Source: Lytechinus pictus (taxonomy: Eukaryota). Taken from it: a stretch of DNA of 60,000 bases. Below, one piece after another: positions 1 to 12,300 of the stretch. Positions within the stretch are counted from its first letter, which is position 1, and each line of letters opens with the position of its first letter. Location of the stretch: contig NC_087245.1 in the NCBI RefSeq assembly GCF_037042905.1, forward strand, positions 7,008,001 to 7,068,000, written 5' to 3'. The position numbers and the translations under genes were made by a program. The notes beneath the pieces were generated by a model. It had not been told where the DNA came from, made no database searches, and worked only from the letters and a program-made list of their open reading frames with translations.

Positions 1-87
1 AAGCTTGTTGATGATGCAGTAGACCATGCTAGCTCGCTGTTGTGCCCTTCTTTCCTGAAGAGTAGCCCACTGGAGTTGCTTTAGCAT
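1..87 (-). mobile_element. Fragment of a non-LTR retrotransposon (LINE) ORF2 C-terminal region, running off the window
   Basis: Minus-strand translation MLKQLQWATLQERRAQQRASMVYCIINKL resembles the 'L.W.TL..RR......M.Y.I.N.L' region downstream of the RT domain in CR1/L2/Jockey-type LINEs. Confidence 0.55.
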
Positions 88-502
88 ATAAAGCAATATA
101 TGGCATGTCCCTAAACTTAGTTTCAGACCCTGAAAAAAAAATAACTTCAGTCCCGAGAGTAAAGAATGAAAGAATAAAGTGGAGTCGTTTTGCTATTTAA
201 AAGATAGATATAAATATTATCAATTGAATTATTCACATATTGCAGTTGACAAAATGCTTGTGGATTTCAAAATGTGTAAAATACGTAACATATTGTACAC
301 TGTATATATTGATCTTGGTTTATAATACAATTAAAACGACTAAACCTACATTCATGAATCTTCTTATAAAATATTGCCAGGATCGAATGATGAAGAAGTT
401 AAAGAAAACAGGGGAAAGCATCTCCTTCCTCTCGAACTTGCCGAAATTGAATGATGTTTATGTCAGTTGGTGGAATCCATTAATTCAAATTGAATGGATT
501 AT

Positions 503-1030
503 CCGGGCTAAAATAATAATACCTAAATAAACAGAGTAAAATTCACTGAGCAAATTTCTGAATCTAATCAAAATATGATAACAAATAACGAAGGTATTGC
601 ATTTAGGAATTTAGAAATTATTTTGTGAAAACAATATCATGCACGCCGCCATGAATATTAAATAGATATGCTGCTGATGTCATTTTCTCAATTTCCTATT
701 TGTTATCTTATTACATGAAATATGTTCATGAATGTGTGTATGATATGCCTCCCTTGTAGCATAAGTTGCAGCAATCGTTTTTACACATTAAATCAGTTTT
801 CATCCCATTTTTTCATTCTTAGAGGATTGAATTTGAATGAATATAATTATATGTAAAAAAAATATGTGGGAGATATGACATCATCAGCTTGCTCATTGCA
901 TATTCTTGAAGACATGCATAGAACACGTAGAACTGTTTCACCGAAATAATGCAAAACTTTGAAATGTCATCACTTTAATATTCTTTGTTCGATTTTGATG
1001 ATTTTTTTGTCTGATATTACTTTATCTGAT
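503..1030. mobile_element. Degraded MITE, same family as 41125-41702
   Basis: Shares 'ccgggct..aaa..agagtaaaattcactgagcaaa', 'gacatcatcagc' and 'cgattttgatga' blocks with 41125-41702. Ends are eroded. Confidence 0.6.
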
Positions 1031-2451
1031 TAAATCAATTCAATTCATTTCAAATAAACATTTATTTTCTTCCATTTCATTACATTTTTCGTTAACATTA
1101 ATTCATACAAAAAGCAATATTATGAAGAATATAAATGTGTACATGTTGGGTTTAAAGAAGAAGGCATATAACCTAAAAGCTGAGGCTTGTGGCGGATTAT
1201 TTCTTTGCGATCCTATTTATATTCAGCATTTAAGAAATTGAGTTTGAAATCGTAAAACTAAAACCCTTGGATAACGGTTCGGGATAAGTTGCGTGAATAT
1301 ATGAGTATTTTATTATATACCGAAATTGACTACCATTTTGCCAAAATCGTCCGGGAAAACCAACAGTATATAAATTAAAAGTAATTGAAATACAATCGTA
1401 ATCATAATCATCATCATTTCCAATATCAATACCATCGTTGTCGTCATCATCATCGTCCATGGATGTCGATCGGTGTTAATGGTTGGGAGATGAATGACAC
1501 AATTTTGTTCTCTGTGAGGGATTCGCTTTCTTTTTTATGGAGGGGCCAGTTGCTATAAAGAGTTTACAATTTTAAGGGGCAGACGTGGCGTAAATGGCCA
1601 AATTTATAAAACCGAGCAAAGATTTTGACCTTTTTGATATAGACATTTAATTTTGGGATACATTTTAAAATTATATTCTTAAAGATATATCATATTTCAT
1701 CATGTTTATTTCCCTTTACATTCTTTGTCGTGATCGTTTTTTTACTTTGCGGGGGGGGGGGGGGGTCCAATGCCCTACGCCCCACATATATGCGCGGCTT
1801 AATTTTTAAGAATATGTTAGATTTATTTCTTCAAGATCAGGTACCACGTACATGTACTTGATCAATATCGCGAGCGAAAAGCGCGATCGAGCTGATTTGT
1901 TTTTTCATCTTGACTTGAAAATGAAATAATTCGGATGACTTTTGTCATTTTTCAGTGTTATTTTCCCTTTATACACTCGTAAATTTCAATTCTCATTTCT
2001 TTTGCATGTTTTTGTGTGAAACATTAACATGAATATGTTAATGTATTTTATTCTGGAATTTGTTGTTTCTTACAATATCTGGAATGAATTGTTTCATTCA
2101 ATAATGATAAATAAAATAAAATTGCGGAGGAAAATGATGGTCATTATGCGTATATACAATACGACAATCAGTATTGTGATCATCATTACGATCATACTTG
2201 TCAATAATATCATGATATTCGACCGAAAATTATTGCTGGATGATAACACAGGCCGCCCCCCACTTGGATATATTCCCCATCGCCACCGCCATTCCTCCCG
2301 TGATCGACACACATTTCATCGTCACCCTACTCCTCCTCCTCACCATCAATAATAACAGGAAGAAAATGACCCCTAGCTATTTCTTTTTCAGTTCTTTCTT
2401 GTTATTTCTATTATTTTTCCTTTATTTATTTTTTTTGTTTCTCATTGACAG

Positions 2452-3035
2452 GAAAACTCTCAATCACTGTGAATATGGACCCCTTGATTTCTTCATCGAT
2501 TGAAAGTTCAGAGCAAGCTGAAATTCAAGAAAACGAAGCTCATAAAAGAGGTGATGATATCATCTCCCTCCATGGAAACGTTGGTAGTTCTGAGAGCCTT
2601 CTCAATTATGACAATAGCATGAATAAAGCCAACATGCTTCCTCTTGTTAACCTTCCCGTATATGAGCGAAAGAAGCCCATATTTCTCGGAAAACCTAAAT
2701 GCGTCGGCAGTATGAGCGAAACTTCAGCAGACGACGTCAATATCGATAGATCCGAAGACAATCAAGATCAGGATCAAATAAGAATAGTTGAGCAAACCGT
2801 ATTGACGAAAGAATCAACAATGGTAGATCCATTTGAAAGACTATTAAAAGGTCTTCGAGAACCAAGGTTTCGTCGACTTGTTGCTCGTGATGATGGGGCG
2901 GACGACGTTGCCAACGTCGGTGATGTCGACAACAATGACAACGATATTAACTGCTTCGAAAAGGACCTTGACTTAGCCATCGAAAAGTTAGAACAATTGA
3001 GAAGTAATTTTGTCAACGCGGCAGGATTGAAATGA
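2452..3035 (+). CDS. Probable terminal coding exon of an unidentified upstream gene (acidic, low-complexity C-terminus)
   Basis: Long polypyrimidine tract ending ttgacAG at 2451, then an open frame of ~194 codons to TGA 3033-3035 with coding-like composition. No recognisable domain. Confidence 0.5.
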
Positions 3036-6000
3036 TAAACTTTCATTATCTCCAATATACCCATGCAGGTCTACTTGATGCATGTAAAATATAGTGTGCT
3101 CAGATATTTTTTTTTTTTAGATCATCTGTGATATGATTATTTTTTCATAATTTCAGCAGATTTTCATCGCTTGCTAGGTGCCATATCTTTATATCATTTT
3201 ATCATATTTCCCTTTCGCTCTCTCTCACTTTCTCTCTTTCTATTTTCCTCTCCATCATTCTCTCTCTTTTTTCCATCCCCTCATCTGTCCATCTTTCCAT
3301 CTTCTACTCCTGACAGAGAGGGCTTTTTATTAAAAATGAATAAAGGAAGGGACTCCTGTAAAAGTCTAATTAGCTTAATCTACTTATCACTATTGTTTAT
3401 AATTATCAAGTATTTTGCTTGGATTTGTATTTTATCATAAACAGTATCTGTTGTTATATGTTCTGGACCCAAGGAAAGAACAGCGTTGTTGTTCATTAAC
3501 AAAGCTGAGTGCCGCCATTTTACTATATTTTTTAAATGTTATCATGTATATCTATTTACCCTGTATTTTTAGCATGGTAATGTGGAAAATAAATACCAGT
3601 ATCAACCAATCATGTTTTCAGATCCAATTATTCATAAATCCCCATTTATTCGTATCACTTTCAACTTTTCATCAACTCGCATATCATACCAAAACAACAA
3701 TATCTGGGCGACAATTGTGTGATCGTGATACCGTTTCGCTTGCACGAACGAATGATTGCATTTAAAATTGGAGGCACATTTTGACACCGCTATTGACATA
3801 GGTGTCCGTTGCTAATGACTTAAAAGATGAGATACATCTCCAGTAGTTTGGTCTCAGGTAAACACGGGTTTATCTTCTCCTAATGAAGTGTATTATTTAC
3901 CTGCATCTATACCATTTGGCTTGTTTGCCAAGCAAACACCGAATAGTCTACAAGCATCAGGCGTTACATAGCTTAACTTGATTGACCACTTTTACAAGAT
4001 ACCAATAATTGCTCATGTACAGTTGGCTGTAAAGACAAAGAACATGTCAATCATTAAAGGAATCAGAATCTAATGAATTGATTAAGTAGCGTGAATTGTT
4101 TACAACAAATTGTTCTGCTAGGAATGTCTCATTAACCAAACTGTGTATGGGGTTTGTACTTGAAAAGGGTCATGAGGTAACAAACGCATCGTCAATGATG
4201 TTATCGATCTATAGCGATCGAATATCACACGGTCAATACTGAACATAAAGGACGAACATGCAACATTATTACTGTTTATTATTCGAAGTGGACATCAGAC
4301 TTTCATTACATTAATTCAACACTCAATCTTGATTTAATGAATTAATTTGTTTCGACTTGAGTTTCGATCAGACGAACGGGTCTGCGTGGTGCAGCCTATG
4401 TACAGGTAATATACACTAACTTGACGACTCTGGCAGGGTGTGATTTGGATGGACAATGACCATAAAAACAGCCGCAAAGAAGTGCCTACTTAGGAAGCAA
4501 CCACTAATGAATTGCATCACATGCGGGCGCCATAATTGTATAGTAAATCAATTGCTTCAAACTGCTGTCTCTCCTCGTACAAGCTTCTTCTTCCAGGTCG
4601 GGAAAGCTCATAACCAGCGAATTATATTTTTATTACCATTAAACATCATCGTGAACAGATGCATTTTTATTTTGACGAAAGCTTCTATCTTACGATGAGC
4701 AGATGAATGAAACATAGCCGAGGAATTTCTTTCGACAAGGATAGGGGCAAGGATAATCGACAAAGTAAGCACTTGTGAGGTAATGAATTTTCGGTATTTT
4801 TTTAAATTATATAATTTTAAGGATTTTTTTCACTCTATTTTTCTACTCTACTCTTTTCGTTAAACGTCTATAGTTAGATCCATACTTACTCTGCCATTTT
4901 GGAGGTGCCTATCTATTTCGAAACTAATTAATAGTGATTTGTGGTAGATCTATAGTTCTTGAGCTCCATTTGTGTTTAGTATATCTGAAATATAGTGTCT
5001 TTCGTATAGGAAGTGATACTGCATGAATTTGTCCACCAATGAAAAATAATACACAGCTAAGAAGTGTTTTACTTAATACTTTTTAAATGCAGTGAAAATC
5101 GATTAAACGTCCATGACATAGCCGTAACTACTAGTAGACGAAAAGAGAAGACCCCTAACGTTCGAAAACCTTGGGATTTACCTGCAGTACATACAATTAT
5201 ATTAGTCGATTCATTTATGTCTTTTATTTCTAAATCTTTTGATGTATATAAAGTAGTCAGCGTTTCCAAAAAAAATAGCGTATTTTGTATCATTAATAAT
5301 ACAATGGCTACTGACTAACTTAGGCATGTCTATACGCCTGAGGGGTTCTATATAATTTCGGACACAACTTTGAAAATGGGTAATTAGTTTTGATAATGGA
5401 CTTTTCAGTAGACGCACAATAGCAGATAATATGGCATGACGAGTTGGACATTCAATAATTTCCACTATCAATAAAATGCTGAAATCACCAACGTTGACCA
5501 CGAAGTACGAATCTCTATTTCGATTCAAGAGCTTTCCATTATTTTCAAACAATTTAGCAAACGTATAAGGGCCCATTATTGGTCTATAGTTTTTTTGACC
5601 AAATTGGTCAGAATTTCGACGAATATTTGGCATGTTTGGTCGCAATATCTGCCCGACTCTTGATGCTTAATATATTTTATGTTTAATAGAATCCAAAATA
5701 GTTAAAATGTCACTTTTGCAGTAATATGTGTTTATTGTTATTCATCTGTCATTTATACGTAGTCATTTTTAGTGTATTGAATTGAACTTATTGGAACCTC
5801 ATTGTCATCTGCCAATAATGTGTTCATGTGTTTGCAAACTTTTCAAGAACAACATAGTAGGATTACTGATCCATGAATGAAAATTTTTTTTTATAAAAAA
5901 CCTTAATAATCCCAGACTCCACAAATGTAGGCCTGTATACACCTACCTGTATAAGGAAAGCGATTTTACAACAGAAAATCTCATAACCATGTTATAAATG

Positions 6001-8337
6001 TGACCTTATTTTGACTTTCGTGCCGTAAAAAAAAACGAATAGTGTAAAATCTAAAGAGAAATTTGTTTTTTTACTGTCAATCTAAATACATAAGATTTTG
6101 TAAAAACCTGTTCATTTTTTATTGCAAGACATACCTTCTAGTAAACCAAGAATTGAATTAAATTGAAATTGTTTTCGAATAAAAAAATATATATTAGTAA
6201 ATTATGGATACCAAGGAGTCACTCTGCTAAACCTTTTGAATTCAATTCAATTCAAATTTATTTCCAAAATTAAAAATATACATATATATATATATACGCA
6301 AATCATTGACATTACATATATATTACATGTGGAGGGTTCAAAGAAAGCACAACTGCTTGTATAAATTGGCCCCATAGTAATTACAATAAATCATATTAAT
6401 ACATGTAAAATGAACAATAACAATTTTCTAAACTAAATCAAAATGAAGCGATTCTGGCTAGTTTTTAATTTAGTTTATCACTCGAATTCAGAATTGAATC
6501 CCTATGATCATGGTAACTATGGTTTCTAAGAGTTCGTGACGTCGTCCACAAGCGAGGGGATTCTCTCAAACCAACTTCATTATTCCTCTTCTGTGCAATA
6601 ATGTGTCATCGCTTCTTCCTTTTAAATCTAAACCAAATACAACAGAGAATCAGATGAAACGCTTGTCAGGATTCTGGCAAACATAAAAGTGTCGTTCCTA
6701 TAATCCATTTTCCATGATCATGATGAATAACGGAGTTTGCATGGACCCTCGATGAATGAATCCTTTCTGTACTATAGTTGTTGAATCATCATTGATAAAA
6801 ACAAGATGGAATTATCCTTGTAGAAAAAAGTACAATATGTCTTAAAAATAAGTAACAATCTTATGCATATAGTTTATCTTAATATTTAATATGTTATATA
6901 CTTCGGTATTCTTCGTATTGATTAGAGGAAGTGACTATTACCCGAAACATTGTCATGATCAACATGTGCATGATTTGATGAAATTGAAAAAGTAGTTTTC
7001 ATATAACGCTATCATTTTTATCTAATGTTGATTTTTGTAATGACATAATTAAACTTACTGCCGTTCCATCAACTCACGGTTTAATAGTGAATGCCCCGAA
7101 TAAATGATGTTTGTTCTGTTATCAATTGCTTTTATTGGACAAGCACAAGACGCATGGGTGACAAATCATTTTCATTGGACAGGAGCAAGTTTCATAAATG
7201 ACTTTTTGTAACTTGGGATTGTGGTTATAACAGGGTACAGCAGCCAATCAGAATCAAGGTTCCAAAATTCAGAGTTATCAGTCATTTTTTTTTAAACGGG
7301 GCTTAGATCTATTTGTCATACTTTGAGATTGTATCAATAGACATGTCAAATCTATTTTATTTAACCTGACAAGTGTTCGTCAAAGCAACTTCGTGGCTCT
7401 ACCAAACCAGTACAGTAATTTCTGGTCACAAACCTTTGTTTGACCTGACAAATGAAAGAGTGAAGTCGCAATCGAATGAGCAAAATTTACTAACACTGCT
7501 GGTTTTTCAGGTTACAAACATATTAAACTGGTCAAATATTAGAAAGCAAATTGATTACCTGTTATAAAAGATAGGCCACCAAAAGGGTAATTAACTTCCA
7601 CAGATTTGCGCCTGGCTGACCAATTAGATGTCAAGTTCTTAATAGATTTAAGATAAGTGTTTATGAATATTCCTGTGTATAGTCTTCGATTAAATGCACT
7701 GTTCTGACGCTGGGAAGAAAAGTTTGTATGTAGGAAAAAAATCGTGTCTCGGGTATGCACAATTTTTATCTAATAGGCATTGGTGTTCATTTTTATTTTT
7801 ATTTTGGATTATTAAAAAAAGGAAAGAAAGAAAAATGGTAAAACATATAATTCAAGGTCTGTTAAACCCAAAGTGAAAAAACACTGCCTCTGTGAAGATT
7901 TAATGGTGGTCAATAAGAATTGCTTCTCTTGCAGAGATTTATTTTTCTTTATTTTTAACGCTATGCAAAGTACACACTAATCTTGCTAATGGTGAATTGG
8001 AATTTAATTGGACCTTTTGGTACAACATATCAGTTGGTAATTTTAGTTGGGTGTCCCTCGTCATCTTTGTCTGAGCTAACATTTTCCCTGAACATCGAAT
8101 TAAGTATAATCACCCCAATGGAAGTCTTCGTAGGTTCAAACGCTGACATTGTAATAACTCCTAAGTGCACATTGATGTTGGTAAATTTGTAATCATTCTT
8201 AATTAGTTTTATTTGTCTCCTTATTTTCTCCTTACAATTGAGACGGGAAAACAGCTAAATAGACGAATCGCTATATATAGGTCTGTACATGACGATATAC
8301 CAAATACCTATGAAGTGGTAAGTATAAATGATTTTAA

Positions 8338-8924
8338 AGTTCAAGTCCACCCCAGGTAAATGCTGACTTGAATAAATAGAGAAAAATCAAAATAGCATAG
8401 TGCTGAAAATTTCATCAAAATCGGATGTAAAGAGAAAGTTATGACATTTTAAAGTTTCGCTTATTTTTCACAAAAGAGTGATATGCACAACTAGGTGAGT
8501 CAGTCGATGATGTCCATCACTCACTATTTCTTTTGTTTTTTATTGTTTGAATTATACAATATTGCATTTTTTTATAGATTTGACAATAAGGACCAACTTG
8601 ACTGAACCATACAGTATTAAGCAATGCTAATTCCACATGTTCTGGAAGGAATTAATCGTTGTACTTGACAATGAGGAGAAAATTAGAATATTTCATATTT
8701 CATATAATAAAATACGAAAGAAATAGTGAGTGGGTGACGTCATAGTCTCCTCATTTGCATACCAGCCAGGATGTGCATATAACTGTTTTGAGAAATTAAG
8801 CGAAACTTTAAAATGTCATAATTTTCTTATTTTACATCCGATTTTGATGAAATTTTCAGTGTTATGCTTGTTGTATTTTTCTCTTTTTATTCAAATCCAC
8901 TTTTTGTTGGGGTGGACTTGTCCT
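8338..8924. mobile_element. Kolobok/T2-type MITE (TTAA TSD)
   Basis: TTAA at 8334-8337 and 8925-8928. Termini agttcaagtccacccc / ggggtggacttgtcct with long imperfect IRs. Inverted relative of 42566-43129. Confidence 0.85.
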
Positions 8925-9393
8925 TTAAATAATACGTCCTTTCGGCAGGACGATAAGTAGGAAATGTGCCATGGGCAAGGTACATCCACCATTCACCTTC
9001 ATCACGTGATCAAACATAGAAATAAAGGAGGATAAAATGGGTGAGAGGAAGATAAGAAAAGATGACTGACTATTAAGTTGTTCATTGAAACATGAACCTA
9101 TTACCTATTGTAATAGGTCCATGATTGAAACAACATAATAACATCACATTTTTAAATGTGAACCCCCTCCCCCCCCAAAAAAAATCATCATCATAATATT
9201 GTAAAAACGGGTTCATATCAATTGTGGATTTTTTCAAGAGTATATATGTTACACTCTGAGTTTAGAATAAGACATCAGTGATCAGATTGTTGGAAGTTAG
9301 TCTTTCTTATCACCTCAAGATTTCTTGCCCTGTTATTTCGATAAAGCATATATCATGACAGGTTGACCAAGCAATATACCGTATGCATGGTAT

Positions 9394-12300
9394 TAGTCCG
9401 GGGGCTGGGAGAGTTTATTCAGCTGATCGGGTACAAAAGGTTTGATGGTCCCAAGATGTTGGCATGATATCAGTGGTCAAGAAAATGTGTTGCTGCCGGG
9501 TCAAATCCTGTACGGAGGGCCCACAGGGCCCCATTTTTGTCGGCCATCTTGAATTTTTCATGAAAATCAATTATTTTCATATTTTTGCACAAACAATGGA
9601 AAAATATTAAATAAATACGCATTTCACATTGATTCAGACAGTAGAAATCGATTGCAAGTGTTTTCAGGACAGTCCGGTTAATATTTTTTGAAAAATATAA
9701 GAATTTATGCCAAAATTTTCATGTTTTTAGGCAAAAATTTGCATGTGCATTGATATCTTTCTGTTTTCTCATTAATATCAGCAATCAATGCAAAATATCA
9801 GCATTCAACACGAAAGAGAATATATTAACGAGAACATTGATATGCTTCATGACAGTATTAATGTCTTAACTTGCTTAGATATAGAGAAAATACCTCCATA
9901 TGCATTCCCCGATATTGCGATAAAATGACACCAAAAACCAACCTCCGTCACTAGTCACACCAGTAATACCGATTTCAATGCGCTCGCTAGCTTGCCTTTC
10001 AAAAGAGTACAATAGACTCAATCGGTCTTGCCTCGCCTTTGTTGGTGTGACTAGCACGCATTAATGCATGTAATGAGCGTCGCGATAGAAAAGTGTATAT
10101 TCCATTATGGCTATGAGGGCAAAATGCGGGTTTTTTCACATTTAAGCAACTTTTATGTTAATGAAACCTTTTGGAAAAGTTAGAGGAGGGATTGCTCTGC
10201 ATGTCGCAAGCAATTTCATTCGGACACCTCAAAACATAGTCCCGCAAGAGCCTGTCGAAGGTACCCCACCCTTATCCGAAGCTTGACTACTAAAATATCT
10301 TGCCTTTTGGAGCCCTCATTGTGGCAAAATGATGCTTCGGTTAGGTAAAAAACAACTTTTATTTTCTTGAAATCACTTGGAGACGAAAGAGTAGGCTTTT
10401 CTCTATCAGCTACATTTAAAGAAGTGAGGGCACAACAAAGCCTACCCTCTCAGGGGGCTGCCCCAAGTCACCCATCCCCTTTTTTGTATTTTGCCCATTT
10501 CTTGGAAAATTCGTCATTTTGGAGCCACATTGATAGAAAAGTGTTTCGACTATGTAATGAAACCACTTTTATTGTTTTAAACCACTTGAAGACAAAAGAG
10601 TAGACATTCTTCTATCTGTTACATATAAAGAATTACTGAAAAATGGAAGCCACCTCCGTCAGTAGGATGCCGAAAACACTATCCCCTTTTTCCGTATTTT
10701 GCAAATTTATGGAAAAATCTGCAAATTTGGAGCCCCCACTGAGGTTAAAGGGTGTTTCTGCTAAAAGGCAATCCATTTTGTTGTCTTAAAACCACATGGA
10801 GACAAAAGAGTTGCCTTTCTTCTATCAGTTACATAATAAGAGGTGCTAGTACAGCAAAGCCTACCCCCGTCAGGGGCTCCTGAAATTACCCAACCCTTTT
10901 CTGTACATGTATTTTACCTTTTTTATTAGAAAATCTTCAAATTTGGAGCCCATATTGAGGCAAAAAGATGTTTCTTCTATGTATATCAAACCACTTTCAT
11001 TGTCTTAAACCACTTGGAGACAAAAGAATAGCATTTATTATAGCATCAGTTGCATATAACGAAGTGCTGGTAAAGCAAAGCCTACCCCCGTCAAGGGCTC
11101 CAGAAATCACCCACCCTTTTCCGCATTTTACCTTTTTATTAGAAAATCTGAGAATTTGGAGCCCACATTGGGGCAAAAAGATCTTCCTCCTATCTTGCAA
11201 ACAACTTTCATTGTCTTAAAACCACTTGGATAAGAAAAATTGATATTTTTCTATCTGCTACATATAACGAAGTGCTGGCACATAGAAGCCTACCCCCTCA
11301 GGGGGCTCCTGAAGTCACCCGGCCCCTTCCCGTATTCTGCCAATTTATGGGAAAAATCTGCCAATTTGGAGCCCACATTGAGGCACAAAGATGTTTCTCC
11401 TAAACACCAAAACACTTTCATCGTCTTAAAACTACTTGGATGCAAAAAGTAGTATTTTCTCTATCTGCTACATTATAACGAAGTGCTGCCACATCGAAGC
11501 CTACCCCCTCAGGGGGCAGCTGAAGTCACCCAACCCCTATTTTTCTAGGAAAATTCGCCATTTTGGAGCCCCAAATGAGACTAACGGCGTTTCCGCTTTG
11601 CAGAAAGTAACTTATTGTTTTGTAACTCGTGGGAGAGAAAAGGTAGGATTTTCTCCATCAGCTTCATTTGAAGACGTGCTCGCACAAAGAAGCCTACCCC
11701 CAACAGAGGCTTTGACCCCTTGTTCAGGTAAATTAGCATTCCTGCTATATAAGGAAGCGAATTTATTTTTTTGTTGAAGCAACTTAAAGATGAAAGAATA
11801 TGCTTTCTTCTACATGCAAAAAAGCTACATGCAAAAAACGTGCTGGCGCATCGAAGCTACTCAATTCCAGGGCTGCTGAAGTCACCCCCACATTTTTGCC
11901 TATTTTCCCTCTTTATTGGAAAATTCGCAATGTTTAGCCCCATCGATGCAAAAATGTATTTCTGCTATTAAGTAAAACCACTTCTATTTTTTTCAACTCC
12001 CCTGGGCTTGGGGATGAAAGAGTAGGCCTTTTAAATAAAGAAGTGCTGCATGGCACATCGACGCCTACCCTCTTCAGGGGCTGCCGAATACTAAGTCACC
12101 CGATCCTGTTTGTTCATTTAGTCTAATTATTAGCAAATTCGTTGTTTTGGAGTCGCCATTGAGGCAAAGGGCGTTTCTGATACAATAGTAAAGTCACTTT
12201 ATTTTTTCAAACCACCTGGAAATTAAAAAGATTTTTTTTTTAATATCAGCTTCATATAAAAAGATGTTCGACGCCTACCCTCTTGTAGGCGTCGATGTGC

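Noticed and set aside
6505..6545. RFX X-box/CRE promoter for LRRC51 (catggtaactatggtttc, gtgacgtc)
   Set aside because: Only half-site matches, and there is no evidence for a TSS.
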